Shown piece after piece: positions 39,801 through 52,300 of a stretch of DNA of 64,000 bases. Source of the DNA: Psilocybe cubensis (lineage: Eukaryota); NCBI GenBank assembly GCA_017499595.2, contig CM039000.1, positions 2,046,001 to 2,110,000 of the forward strand, given 5' to 3'. A model generated the notes under the pieces. The model searched no databases and had not been told where the DNA came from. It was given only the letters and a program-made list of their open reading frames with translations. Position 1 is the stretch's first letter. Each line of letters opens with the position of its first letter. The position numbers and the translations under genes are program-made.

Positions 39801-41065
39801 AGGAAGCCTTAAGGGTGAATGGAATCGAGCCTGCTACTGGTGAAACAGACAGCGAAGACGAAGAACTCATGGATGACGATCAAATGATGGCCATCGACGA
39901 GCAATTAGCCCAAGTCTTCCGTAGTCGCGCAAACGAGAGAAAATCAGGCAAAAGTAGGTGTTGACTTCAGGTGGTATCCTAGTGACTTTAATTCACCTCT
40001 CAAACAATACAGATCTCGATGTCCAACGGGAGGCCACGCATTTCAAAAATCGTGTTCTCGACCTTGTAGATACATATTTAAAGAAACAACCCTCAAATTC
40101 TCTAGTTCTGCGCTTAATCACCCCTCTCATCGATATCGTCTCAACTGCCAGTCAAGATGAAAGGCAGCTGGCAGACAAAGCCCGTGGCATTCTTCGTTCA
40201 CGTTTTGGAAAGTCAAAAGAAATCCCCACAGACGCCGATATAGAACAACTTTCTCTCGTCGCATCCAACATACACACTCTGGCACGGAAAACACATTCGT
40301 CTGACCTCGTTTCCATTCTCAGCCTGTGCAGTGTATACCTCGCCAAAATATTTGTCCATTTGAAATCCGAAAGCGCACTTGTCGAAAATTACAGGCAGTC
40401 CCTCGTTGACTTTATTACCCGGAAGAACTCTTCCCTTAACTCTCATTTCTTCCAAGACTTCATACGCCGCTTCCCAGTGCAGGCATGGGCCCTTCGCCAA
40501 GATTTTATAAATCTTTGCACGAAGTCGGTCAACACATATCGACAATGCCAACTGTTACAACTCCTTGAACTCCTTATTGGGTTGTTACCTTCAATGGTAT
40601 GTATAAATTTCAATCTTTAGTTATTTTCAGTATCTTACCGGCTGTAAATAGCCTGAACAGACCGGCGAGGCAGTCACATTTATGCCAATACTGAGACAAC
40701 TTCTCTTGGAACTCATAACCGATTCTTGTGACGAAAAGGCATCTCTCACGTCGGTTCAGTTGAAAGAAGTATTCAAACTTGCATTGTTATCTGTTAAACA
40801 AACCAAGCGTATATCTCCTGCGAAGGTCCAGTCGATATGGGATCATAAATCCTGGATATCTTTGCAATCTAAACTCAAAACTTCTCGCTTCAAAACTTCC
40901 CCCGCACTCCACAAGATGTGCGAACAAATTGCCAACTCGATAGGTGCCGCTTCTGAGGAGAATGGGGTTGAAACTGCTGCACCAAAACGGAAGGCAGACG
41001 ACGAGGAAGTAGAATCAGTTGTTACTAAAACTAACAAACGCAAAAAAACGAAGGGAAACAAGTAA
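36857..41065 (+). CDS. POL5: Pol5/MYBBP1A-family nucleolar ribosome-biogenesis factor
   Basis: LPLFWHLSS..KKERIDAS..L, YSIRRLIRGLASSRESSRLGFAVALTE, acidic tract with MDDDQMMAIDEQLAQVF, HFKNRVLDL, C-terminal NLS. Confidence 0.92.
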
Positions 41066-41095
41066 TCCAGACTAGATACCACCTCCTTATCTACT

Positions 41096-44000
41096 TCACA
41101 TCGTTTGCAGCGCTATTTGTAGTTCCCCTAATGCAGCTTTTGCCATAATACCTTTGTACTCAAAGCATTTTTGTATCAGGTACGGAGTTTTGCATAATCT
41201 GATGCTCCAGTTCAGCACGCGCCAAGAAATCTTCAAAAAAACGTACTTATTTCTCCGCATCCGACCTTCCACTTCCTCCTGCATATGTGCAGCACGCTCA
41301 GCGGCGACACTCAAGATCTCAGTAGGAATTTTGGCAGATCGTGCACATTCGATGCCAAAGGATTCTATACGAGCATGCCCTGTGAATCTCAATGTCTGAA
41401 ATCTAAGGCAGTGTTTTACCTGTAGCCAAACCCGTAACAAGGCGATAAAGGAATGTGATGTCGCGGGTGCCATCTATCCGCACTTCGGATTCATATCCCA
41501 TGTGGAGGTTCTGTATGTCACACGGAAATTTCTTTTCCAATCTTGTTGCCAGCAGAGGATAGTGAGTGATAAATAATGTTTTGCATTTTTTAGTTTGTAC
41601 CAGGTATTGCAATGTCGCATCCGCAATGGCCATCTACAGGAGCATTCAGTAAAACCCTCTGCGTAAAGAGAGCTGTAATCAAATCAGGGAACAAAAAACT
41701 TACACCATCAAAAGTTGACGTCCCTCTGCCTAACTCATCTAGGATGACCAAGCTCTTGGAGGTTGCTGTGTGTAAAATTTCACTGGTCTCCGACATCTCA
41801 ACCATAAACGTCGATCGTCCCCTAGCAAGGGCGTCGGAGGCTGAGGCGCTATGTAAGCAAAATGTAGTGTAGACAGATCAATATACATTCTTTACCTCCC
41901 ATCCTAGTTAGAATTGAATCGAGAAGACCCATTTTGACAGAGGTGGCAGGTACATAGCTGCCTATCTGTGCCATAAGGGCAATAAGAGCAACCATCCGGA
42001 CACAAGAACTCTTCCTGTCATTAAAATAGGTTGAGTCTCTATGTTTTGACATCATAATAATGCGCACCCTCCCATATTTGGGCCAGTGATGATCTTTGTT
42101 TTACTACTTTCAGCGCCGATTTGGATTGTGTTGGGAATATAGGGATTTTCACTGAATGCTTCAATCATAGGATGACGGCCGTCAATGATCTCGAGAGTAT
42201 CATAGTCGGTGAATTGCGGTCGAACATAATTTTCTTGAAGAGCCACCTGCGCCAGACTAAGTAAACAATCAGCTGTTGCTAGATTGTTGATGGCATCCCT
42301 CATAATGCCATAGTAGTTGTTCGAAATCTCCTTCAAAAACGAGAGGTATGCCTTGTTTGATTCAACCTGGTATAAATCGAGTTAATCATTTACTTTATTG
42401 CGATCGAAGGGTGTTAACACTACTTCAAGGATCTCGCGGCATTGTGCACGTTCATCTAATTTGGCCCGTACACTAGGCGGATAGTACCGAGCTAGAGTTT
42501 TCGTTCTTGATATTCGTTTAGAGCAATCCTATTATTTATTGCATCTGAATGCTTACTTTGAATGAAGAATCCAATTGTCAGGGATAGGTATTTTGTCGCC
42601 TTTCTTGATCACCACCAAATACTGAATGAATAGACATTAGAACGGACGTTCCTAGGGCGGTTATAAAAAGCTTACGTCGTCAGTTGCCACACTTGTCCAT
42701 TCTAGCGATGGTGTTTTTAACAACTTTCTGACTGATTCAAAGGTCACACAAGAGTTTCGGACATAAACAATATTCGCTTACTGCTTTTCAATTCATCCTT
42801 TAACTCTTCGGCTATTGCTGCTAACGCCTAAAAAGCGGGACAGTTAAGACCATTGCGACGCAGAGTCAGTCTGGCACATACTCCTTCCGCATCGCTTATC
42901 GCTGGGAACTTTTCAGAGTCGGTCCACATAGAGTTCTTTTTGCCTTCGGCCACCTTCTTGATGTTGATAGCGCCCATCAACTCCGTTATGGCCCCCTTTA
43001 GCTTCGGCAGTGAACATATTATTTGTTTTAAAATTGGAGACTTCAAGCCGATATTTTCAGGTTCAATCGTATCATACGCTAACGCAATCTTTTGAAATGC
43101 CGGAAGCAGAATGGATAGTTCTTTCGGGGTACACTCAAAAGAATTCGTCAACCTTAAAAAACTTGTATAATTGACTGTGCCTTACCTGCCCATATTGTAT
43201 CCGACTCAATCCTTTTGCTAAGTCTGGGAGGCCTTTGATCAAATTACGAAGGGTGAGCAACAGATCGTCATAGCTTTCTAGTATCTCTTGTATTGCATTT
43301 ATCCTTTCCTCTAGTATGCTATCGCAATCTATTATCAGTTTGGACACTGCCGCGGGAAAAGCCACCTACCGTTTGTCTACCAATGGTCTACCTACCCAGC
43401 TCCTCAGAAGCCTGGCTCCAAATTTAGTTTTTGTTCGGTCTAAGACCCATATTAAAGAACCATGTGAAGTACAGTCCGTTTCATTACGGTAAATTTCCAG
43501 ATTGATCAAAGTGTTAGCTGCCAGAAGCATGTGCGCTTTTGTAGTAAATTTGGTGAAAAATCTTGTTTCCAAACAAGCTTCTGCAAGACCGAAGGCCGAT
43601 AGATATTTAATGGCATGAGCTAGAGCAATCACGACAAGTTCAGGCAAATCAGTGATTTCAGCCATCAATTTCCCTAACAAATGAAATTGTCATTAAATGA
43701 CACCAAACAGATATAATCAGTGAGGGATTACCAGATGAGAAACTCGTAGAAGCTGCCCCAAATCTGCTCCTGTCTGTGTAGAACCTTGAAACATCCGAAA
43801 AAGCATCCGTGTAGTTCGACATTTTTCTGAATCTTTCAATTCGGATTTGATGTCCTGAAGAAGAGAGCCTGGCCTCCCAAGGTCAGTTGGAGAGATCGAT
43901 GCACAAAATTCAGCGTACCCTGAGAATTGCGACAGCATTTTTTCCGTGGGTTCCGTTAATCCATCATCCGAAATGAGCAATTCTGAAGGTCGTGTGTGTA

Positions 44001-45425
44001 CAAGCCTTGTCTATCTGGTGTTAAGTTATTGCTAATTTTTCTCAGCGAAGGAGACCATACTTCTAGTTCCAATCTCATGATTGTGTCTGATTTTAAGCTA
44101 TCTCAGAATAACGGCATTGGAAATCCATGCGTGAACCATTTACCATCAAAATTGTCCCAGACGACGTCTCCTGTGCTGGGACATATTGTAATCATCCCGA
44201 TAGAAACATCAGCTTGGTGGACGTCTTTGCGTTTTTCAATGAGACACATAAATGGTGGCGCGCTGTATCTTTCGTTGTCGTCAACAGAGTCCAATTCTTC
44301 AACGTAGCTTTATTACTTCGGTTAGCATCTGGGAGGATGAAGGAAATTCGTATTCTTACGTTGTCGCTGTATATAGCTGTGTGAGTTTACGCTCAAATAC
44401 ACCATTACGATTGTCGCTAATTTTCTTCAATGCAGCAGTTTCAATTTGCTCCACAATCCCCACGCGATATCCTCGAGATATTAGCCTACGAGTATGTGTG
44501 CAAAGTTAAGACAAAAAAGGGTAAGAGAACCTTACTACAACATACTTTTTAAGATGGACATCCCGCCGATGCACAGGAACAGATGCGACGAGAAAATTTC
44601 GGTCCATGTATGCGACCATACCTAGTTCTTTCCTGGCTATCTATGACTGATAATTAGATTCAGTGTGCCTGGCTTTACCGTATGTGCAACTCGCCTCTGC
44701 GTCATTGCCAAAAAACTTATACTTGTAGCCTACTTCCACCATTAGCAATGTTCCCGCGTTGTCTTTCTTCAGCTGAAGTATCTTAAATGATATAAAACCA
44801 AGTAAGAAGTGATATTTGATCAAATGTGTTGTTGCGGACTCACCTGCTTCTCCAATGAGGTATAAGTTTCACCACTTGGCCCAAGCTCAACGATAGTTTT
44901 GGGCCGCTTTGCAGATTTTCCCTTCTCTTTCGATTTCCCTTTAACTGAGTGTGATATTAATTCTTTAAAGCCAGATGGAAAACCAGCCTCGTCATGCTGC
45001 ACTTCTTTCGCGTCGTTTTCTCTGTCTCCATAGTCATCGACTAAATCATGGGATTCGGTTTCTCTTTCCAAAAAGATGCTATTGTCGTTCAAAAGTTTTT
45101 TTTTGAAGGCTTCGTGGCGCTCTTTTTCAAAAGTGGTGCGCTGATTCGATGAGTCCACTTTTCTGGGCTTTTCAGGTGAAAAACGCCATGATTCAACAAG
45201 ACCACTAGTAGAGTTCGAAAGACTAGAAGGGAAGGAGGAAGCTAGAGACTTTCCCGTCAAGCGTGCTCGTTTAGATTGCCTTTCATCCTGTTCATCATCA
45301 CCGGTTAAGTCAATGGGTGAGCTGCTTCTCTTTCCCTTCCGTGGTGGCACGACGGTGGGAGGGGATTTAAAGTAGGCTGAGAGCGTGGATTGTGAGGCAG
45401 ACCCATGCGGGACATTAGAGCTCAT
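41096..45425 (-). CDS. MSH3: DNA mismatch repair protein Msh3
   Basis: [31 protein letters not shown] (Msh3-type), [23 protein letters not shown] Walker [29 protein letters not shown]. Confidence 0.95.
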
Positions 45426-45656
45426 ATTAAGATCAGACAATAGGTTAATCAATAAGTGCTTTGTGTTAAAAGGTAGTAGAGGCTCGAGTTCGTGGACATA
45501 ATCAAGAAGAAGTGGAGGTTATGATTGTCGTTGTAAGACCCAAGAATGTGCCTGTGGCCAGCCCATGACACAATATCACGTGATGGCGTTTCCTCAAAAA
45601 CACGAAGTATAAACGCCGGTGCCGGGTGAGGGAACTTACCACGAACATAGACTGTA

Positions 45657-46779
45657 ATGCTCACTCATCGTCTTGGGAGAAATACTTACTTAACTTGCCG
45701 GTCTTTGCCTGCAACGAGGTTTGGCCAGAAATGCAACAATTTGCGATGGCAGTCTACTGACACGCACGACGGCCTCCCAGTCACCGACACAAATCGTAAT
45801 GTGGCTCTATTAGCATCTTTAGTTGCGCTGTGTTGACAATCCCTCTTAGGCGCCGAGTTATCTCAGAAAAGGTTTTGGAAAGATGTTGGTGTTGAACGTC
45901 GTGGAGAGTCCTTAGTTGTAACTCTTGACAAGCGCGCTTTGAAAACTCCTGGCGGACAGACACTCCAATTGCCCTTAAATAAAACTCTTCCTGCTGCTCT
46001 GGCTGCTGCAGAGTGGGACCATCAAGAAGTTCTTTTAAAACCTCACGCGTTGCCTATGGTGCGTGTTACTTGTTTGTGCGGAAATGGAAAGTTTCCAACA
46101 GTCAAGTCCAGACATCTATTATTTCTAGAGCCGTTGATGCCATGGTCGAGGAAAAAACTCGTGCTGAAGTCCGAGCCGCTTTGGTCAAGTACATTCATAC
46201 AGATACCATTTGGTGGGCACCACATCCCTTCTTATGTTTGCCTGCACATGCTAATCAATGCGAGCTTCAGTTTCTTCCACGACAACCCCGAACCACTAGA
46301 ACGACTCCAATCCCAACATTGGACGCCACTGCTGGAATGGGCCAGGAAAACGTTCGATGTGAAATTAGATGTTTCTAACTCTATCATGTCTGTGCGTCAG
46401 TCAAAAGAAACCGAGGAAAAAATGTTGAAAGTAATGGAGTCTTTCGACCAATGGGAGATGGCAGGTACGTAAGCCATTGACCAATAAATCAGGCACCAAC
46501 TTATACAAGCCTGAAGCTATGGAACGCGCCACTTATGCTGCCAAATCACTTATTATTGCATTGGCGTTGGTAAAGAACCGCATATCTGTAGAAGAAGCTG
46601 CTCTTGCTGCCACCGTTGAAGTGAATAGCCAAATCGAGAGGTGGGGTGAAGTCGAAGATAGTATGTCGTTGTCTACTCATTATTGAGGGTACTGATCACA
46701 TTTGGCAGCTCACGACGTTGATTACCATGATATCAGGAGGCAGCTAGGAAGCGCCGCTTGTCTCCTATCAACTGTGTAG
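45657..46779 (+). CDS. ATP12: Mitochondrial F1-ATPase assembly factor Atp12
   Basis: Presequence, KRFWKDV, VTLDKRALKTPGG, LAAAEWDHQ, KPHALPM, VEVNSQIERWGEVED|HDVDY.DIRRQLGS. Confidence 0.93.
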
Positions 46780-47617
46780 TATGTTTTTGCACTGTCGGGA
46801 CAGGTTTTGGCTTCTATCTCCAAAAGCTCCCATTGCATTACGCCATTGGGGCCCTGCAATACCATCAGCCGGTAGAAGCACGATGAGATGTGCCTATCCA
46901 GATGTTGGTATACGGTTCGCGGAACGAAGAGAAATCACCCTTCTGACTCCATCAATCGCTTCTTGTCAGTTTTTGTATATCTTTTCCAAACAGAGTTGCA
47001 TAACATTACTGTATTCTTGCCACGGACCTAGTAGGGCTGCGATCAGCATCCCCTTGTTCATCCCTTCAGGTTAGGTCGGTGCTGGCGGGACTGGAGTCAA
47101 TGAAAGCGCATTCGGCTATCCTGTTCCATTCTCATCCGTTCAAAACAATAATGTCATGTCGACAAATCATAAGTTGACGTAGGCTATGGTCATTGCATAA
47201 TGCATTGAATGTGATTTTTTGGTATCGAGTTTCAACCAAGAAGGGCATGGAATGATAATCGCGCTTTATATTTTTCTACATATATAGTAGTCCAACGAAA
47301 GTATGCATAAACTGCTATGCCCAGCCAAATAGACGAAAGAATGGATCGCATTACCCGAGTGCGGGGAAATAACACGTGCACGAGAATACTGAGCAGACAT
47401 CCAGGCACTCCGACAGGCTCCGCTTCCAGGGGATGCTCTAGATAGCTTGAGCCACTTCTATACCTGGATTGCTACTTCAAACCAACCGGATATCGGTCGG
47501 ATGCAATGTCACTGAAATTCAGTATATAAACTTGACCTTGGCCTCCTTTTCTTCCTCTAACACGATATCGCAGCTGGTGATCCTTCTACTCAGACGTTTC
47601 AAGAACCATCGCACAGA

Positions 47618-47980
47618 ATGAAATCTCCATTGCTCGAGTCTTTCAACCCTTTTGCGACACATCCTTTCACAAATATACGCGGTGTGATGCCGGAGCCACC
47701 AAGTCCTTCAGCCTACCTGATGCCTGTGCCGCAAACAAGAGATACCACTGAGTATTCTCGATATACCACATTCAACACAAGCCCAGTTGGCCACAACTTC
47801 ATCAGCTCGCCTCAGCCTCGACGACATTCCCCTCAACATGCACCGACCGAAATGTTAATCGCATCCCAAACAAAACAAGTATTCGTGCCATGTCGGAAAC
47901 CCACGTCATCTCCAGATCTGGTACTGAAGAAAAAGAGACCCTCGATGCAAAAAGAGGAGTTGATCCAACGCACGAAATGA
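47618..47980 (+). CDS. Small intronless hypothetical protein
   Basis: 120-aa ORF (FNPFATHPFT...FVPCRK.TSSPDLVLKKK) preceded by TATATAAA at ~47523 and a pyrimidine-rich leader. Confidence 0.55.
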   Translation: MKSPLLESFNPFATHPFTNIRGVMPEPPSPSAYLMPVPQTRDTTEYSRYTTFNTSPVGHNFISSPQPRRHSPQHAPTEMLIASQTKQVFVPCRKPTSSPDLVLKKKRPSMQKEELIQRTK

Positions 47981-49046
47981 CGATATCATACCCATTTGTT
48001 TAATTATACCTCATTCGTGGTGAGTATATTTTTGGATATCTATTGCCAAGCGCTCACACACTTTGATTCTTGCGATTATGTCCATTGGTAGGCTTTCAGC
48101 CTCTATTTACCCCACCCATACGTCCACATACGTAGTCGTTGGAGCTCTTTCGTAGACCTAGTTTTTGATCTTATCATGACATACCCTTCCCAGAAACCTC
48201 ATTCTTCCGAAGCCATGCGTTTGCACCATTTATTTTGACGAAAATTTGACTATGTTACAAATACCCTCTTGTAATCACCATGCTCCCATTAATTTTGACT
48301 ATGCTTTTCATCTATGCTGCCCCTTGAGATATATCCAAGGGCATGGTGTGCAGCCTCCAGATGTTCTATTGAATCGATCCTGGACACCCTCATTTCTTTG
48401 ATGATAATACGATTTCATCGATTTAGCCAATGAATTTCCCCAGTATTATGTGTGGGTTACTGAAAATCTGATACAGGATATCGAGTCGCTGTATGTCGGA
48501 TTACCGAATACTACTTTCATTTTTCTGGCGGATATGTTGGGATTTATGATTTACACTGATTTATATATCTGTCATCAAACGAAAAATGGCAGATAAGAAA
48601 GGGATTATATACTTAGATGTTAGAACAACATAGCACTCCGGGCCCCTAACTATAATGATCTAATCTTATCTCTCTTCTTCTATCTAACATCATACCAAAC
48701 GTTGAGCAAACCAGGTTTACTTTCGGACGACAATTGCGATGAAACCTCCTGATTTGCCTGCTGGAAGTGTATACACCCAATATTACTGCGAGGAAAATGT
48801 GTACCTTCTGTCGCAGACATTCTTGGAAACACCAGTAGTGAGCGACTTCTGGGAAATTGTTGTAATTTTCATTTCGAATAATAACAAGACGGTGAGCAGA
48901 CACTCATACTGAAGTAGAACTAATTATCAAACATACATATTTGTAATTGACGACTCTACGATTAGGTTGCTCTTTGGTATCAAAAAGCTGCTGCTGATGA
49001 TAACAGACCTGTCGTTTGGGATTACCATGTCATCCTGGCGCTAAAG

Positions 49047-49345
49047 TGGAAGGCTGTCGGGATCGGCAGCCTCACTCGCTGAAACAGAAGGGACAACGCT
49101 CTCTTCGTTGCGTAGCGTTCTAGTCAATACATGATGTGTAGTAAATTACTATAATATATTTACCTTCGTTGCGTAGCGTTCTAGTCAAGCAACGAAGGTC
49201 ATTTGTTTCCCTTTTGTCTTTCGGTCTCAATATCTTTGTAAGTTGATTAGCGAGACCCAATCTGGGCTCGCGTTTGTGCGCCGTTTTGTTGTGCGCGTCC
49301 GCCTGCGGTGCGTGTTTGCGTGTGTGGTAAGTCTCCAGGCTTACA
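49047..49345 (-). repeat. 3' LTR (299 bp)
   Basis: Identical by eye to 54390-54688; begins TG and ends CA. Confidence 0.97.
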
Positions 49346-49359
49346 CCCCTCCCCCCTCT
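49346..49359 (-). other. Polypurine tract of the retrotransposon
   Basis: Minus-strand AGAGGGGGGAGGGG directly abutting the 3' LTR. Confidence 0.9.
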
Positions 49360-49397
49360 GAAGAATTCCATCGTGAAAGGGTCTGTTCTCTATGGCG

Positions 49398-52300
49398 TTA
49401 TTCGTCTTCTTTGTCCTCGGCCTCTTCCTCTTCCCATCTATCCAGTGCTTCATTCTCTTCAAGCATACGCCCTGGAAGCCACTCATCATGCTCCTTCCCA
49501 AATCCAGCCCATCGTACCAGATATTGCATCCCTCTACCACGTTTTCTCGCATCCACAATTTTCTCTATCACTGTCTCTTCCACCCCGTCCTCGGTTATCA
49601 CTGTTGGTGGTCGTACCAATTCTCTGTCCGGAAATTTCTCTGGATCATTCGGCACGAATGGTTTTAAAAGGCTGGCATGGAACCCCGGGAACGTCTTTGG
49701 GTTGTTTGGTAACCTCAGTGTATATTCTGATCGTTCGGGGAAGGCAGCCTCTACAACGTACGGTCCATCAAACCGTGGCATGAACTTTGCCACCCTTTTC
49801 TTCCCCTTCCGTTTGTAGTTGCGTCGCCGGTTCTTTGTAGAGAGCATTACCATATCGCCTGGTTGGTACACGATCTCGTTACCTCGCTGCTCATTTGCCT
49901 GAGCTGCTTGTCGGATCTTGGCTGTATGTAAGGCATCCTGCGCTTCCTTCACATCGATCTCAATTTTCCGAATGATCTCTCTTGCTGATGTTTCCACCAT
50001 TGGTGCATCCTTGTTTGCCTTTGCCATTGTAGGAATAATCCGTGGAGATCGACCTGTCTTCAGTTGGAAACCCGAGTATCCTGTCGATGCATTTACTGTG
50101 TTCATCATTGCGAACCGAATGCGAGGGAGCTTGTCTAACCAGCCTTTTTGGTTTCTATCCACATAGTATCGTATTGCTTGATTGACGGTTTTATTTGTTC
50201 TCTCGCTCGCTCCATCGGTTTCTGGATGATAGGCGGTCGACATCTTGATCTTTACATTCAAAATCTTGCATATTGCAGTCCATAGATCTGATGTAAAGAT
50301 TGTGTCGCGATCACAGATTAATTCTTCCATCAATCCATTTTCGCAAATCCAGTGGTCAACAACTTTGTGCGCAATTTGTTCTGTGGTCCATGAGGAGTGA
50401 GTTGCAATCAGTTGTATATCAGTACCTAAACGGCAAGTCATCGTGAGTATTGTGTCGCGTTCCTTCTCCTCGGGCAATGGTCCAATAAAGTCCAATGCAA
50501 CTGACGTGAGTCGTTTGTCTGGGACAGGAAGTGGGTGAAGTGGTCCTGTAGGTTTGGTTGTTCGGTCTTTGTTTCGCTGACATTCCGTGCACGAAGGAAT
50601 ATATGCCTTTTCGAGATCTCTTCGCATGTTAGGCCAGTAGTACGACCCGTGTAATGCTTCATACGATTTGTCAAATCCAAAATGACCCAAAACATCGTGA
50701 GCCAGATAATACAGTCGTTCTCGGATCTTCCTATCGTTTGGGATTACTAGTCTTTGTCCAAGATAAATCAGCCCTTCTTCTTCTCGTGCTCCTGTTAGAC
50801 TGTGCTTTTGCATTCCATCTCGAAATTGCTTAACAAACGGATCGGCATCATACCCATCCTTTATTGCCTGTACAAACTCCTGGTCAATTTCAATAGATAA
50901 CACTGATCCCACAAATCCTCTTGGGGCGCGATTAGGGTTCCGTGTATAGGCCAATGCACAGGCTGCAAATCTTGAATTTGGCTCTTCGTCCGGCATCCTT
51001 GATAGGGCATCTGCTGCTACATTTTCCTCCCCTCGGATGTAACATATCTCGAAATCGAAATCTGCCATGTACATCGACCATCTCATCTGCCGACGTGACA
51101 TCTCTTTCTGCGCCTGAAAATATTCCAATGTTCGGTGGTCAGTGTAGACTTCAAATTTGACCCCTAAAAGACTGCTGCGCCACTTTTTCAATGCTTTCAC
51201 AATTGCCAGGAGTTCTTTTTCGTGTGTTGGATAGTTCTTTTCTGCGTCTTTCAGCTGATATGAATCGTATGCAACTGGTCTTGCTGATTCCCAATCTTTT
51301 CCAAAACTCAAGACTGCACCTGTTCGCCTATCGCTTGCATCTGTTGTCACGTAGATCTTCCCTTCAGGGTCATCGTAATCAATGACAGTGAGGCATTCCG
51401 CCCCTGTAACCAGTTCCTTGATTGCGTTAAAGGCTCGATCATGATCGGCGGTCCATTTGGGGAAGTCGCGATCGCATTCTTTGCTTGTCAGTGGTGATAA
51501 GATGCTAGTATGTTCCGCGAGCGCAGGGAGAAAGACAGCCAGATATCTTGTGAGTCCTAGAAATCCACGTACATTTGTTGCGTTTGTTGGTCGTGGCCAT
51601 TTCTTGATTCGGTCTGTCTTTGCAGGGTCTGCGTGAATGCCGTTTGCGGAAATAACATGTCCCAGAAAGATAATTTCAGTTGCAAAAAGGACTGATTTCT
51701 TCGCATTACAATAAAGTCCCGCTTTCCGAAGCGCTTTCAAGACCTTTTCTACTCGTTCTGATAGTTGTTCCAAGGTGTCTGCCCAGATCACAATATCGTC
51801 TAGATAGACGTGACATACTTGTGCAATGAGTTCCCGTAATGCATCTGTCATTCGCCGTTGATGTGTAGCTGGCGCATTCTTCCCGCCCATTGGCATCACA
51901 ACCCATTCGTATAGGCCCCATGGTGTACGCACAGCTGTCAAGTGAATGTCGTCTGGGTGTACTCGTGTTTGGAAGAAACTGTTGGTCATGTCTAATTTTG
52001 CAAAGAATTTGCCTTTTCCACAGTCTGCAAGAATGTCATCTACTCGTGGAAGTGGAAATTTGTCAGATATAGTGTTCTTATTGATCTCCCGATAATCGTT
52101 TACCCATCGTGGTGGTACTGACAGGTCAGGTACTCCGTTTTTATACTTTGGAATGCAGAATGCTGGCGATGCATATTCAGATGAGGATGGTCGGATACGT
52201 CCCGCGGCCAGATGCTCGTCAAGAAGCTTCTTCCATGCATCGTGATATTTCTTTGGAGCAGCGTATCCTCGACCCGCATGTATCTTGTCTTTGTCCACCA

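Noticed and set aside
49103-49188. 25-bp repeat with a 36-bp spacer, superficially CRISPR-like
   Set aside because: Only two units, duplicated as part of the LTR, in a eukaryotic context with no cas genes.
49120-49371. Duplicated short ORFs (also 54463-54708 and 54586-54888)
   Set aside because: They are LTR sequence read through. 54586-54888 only runs from the LTR into the NTAQ1 3' half.
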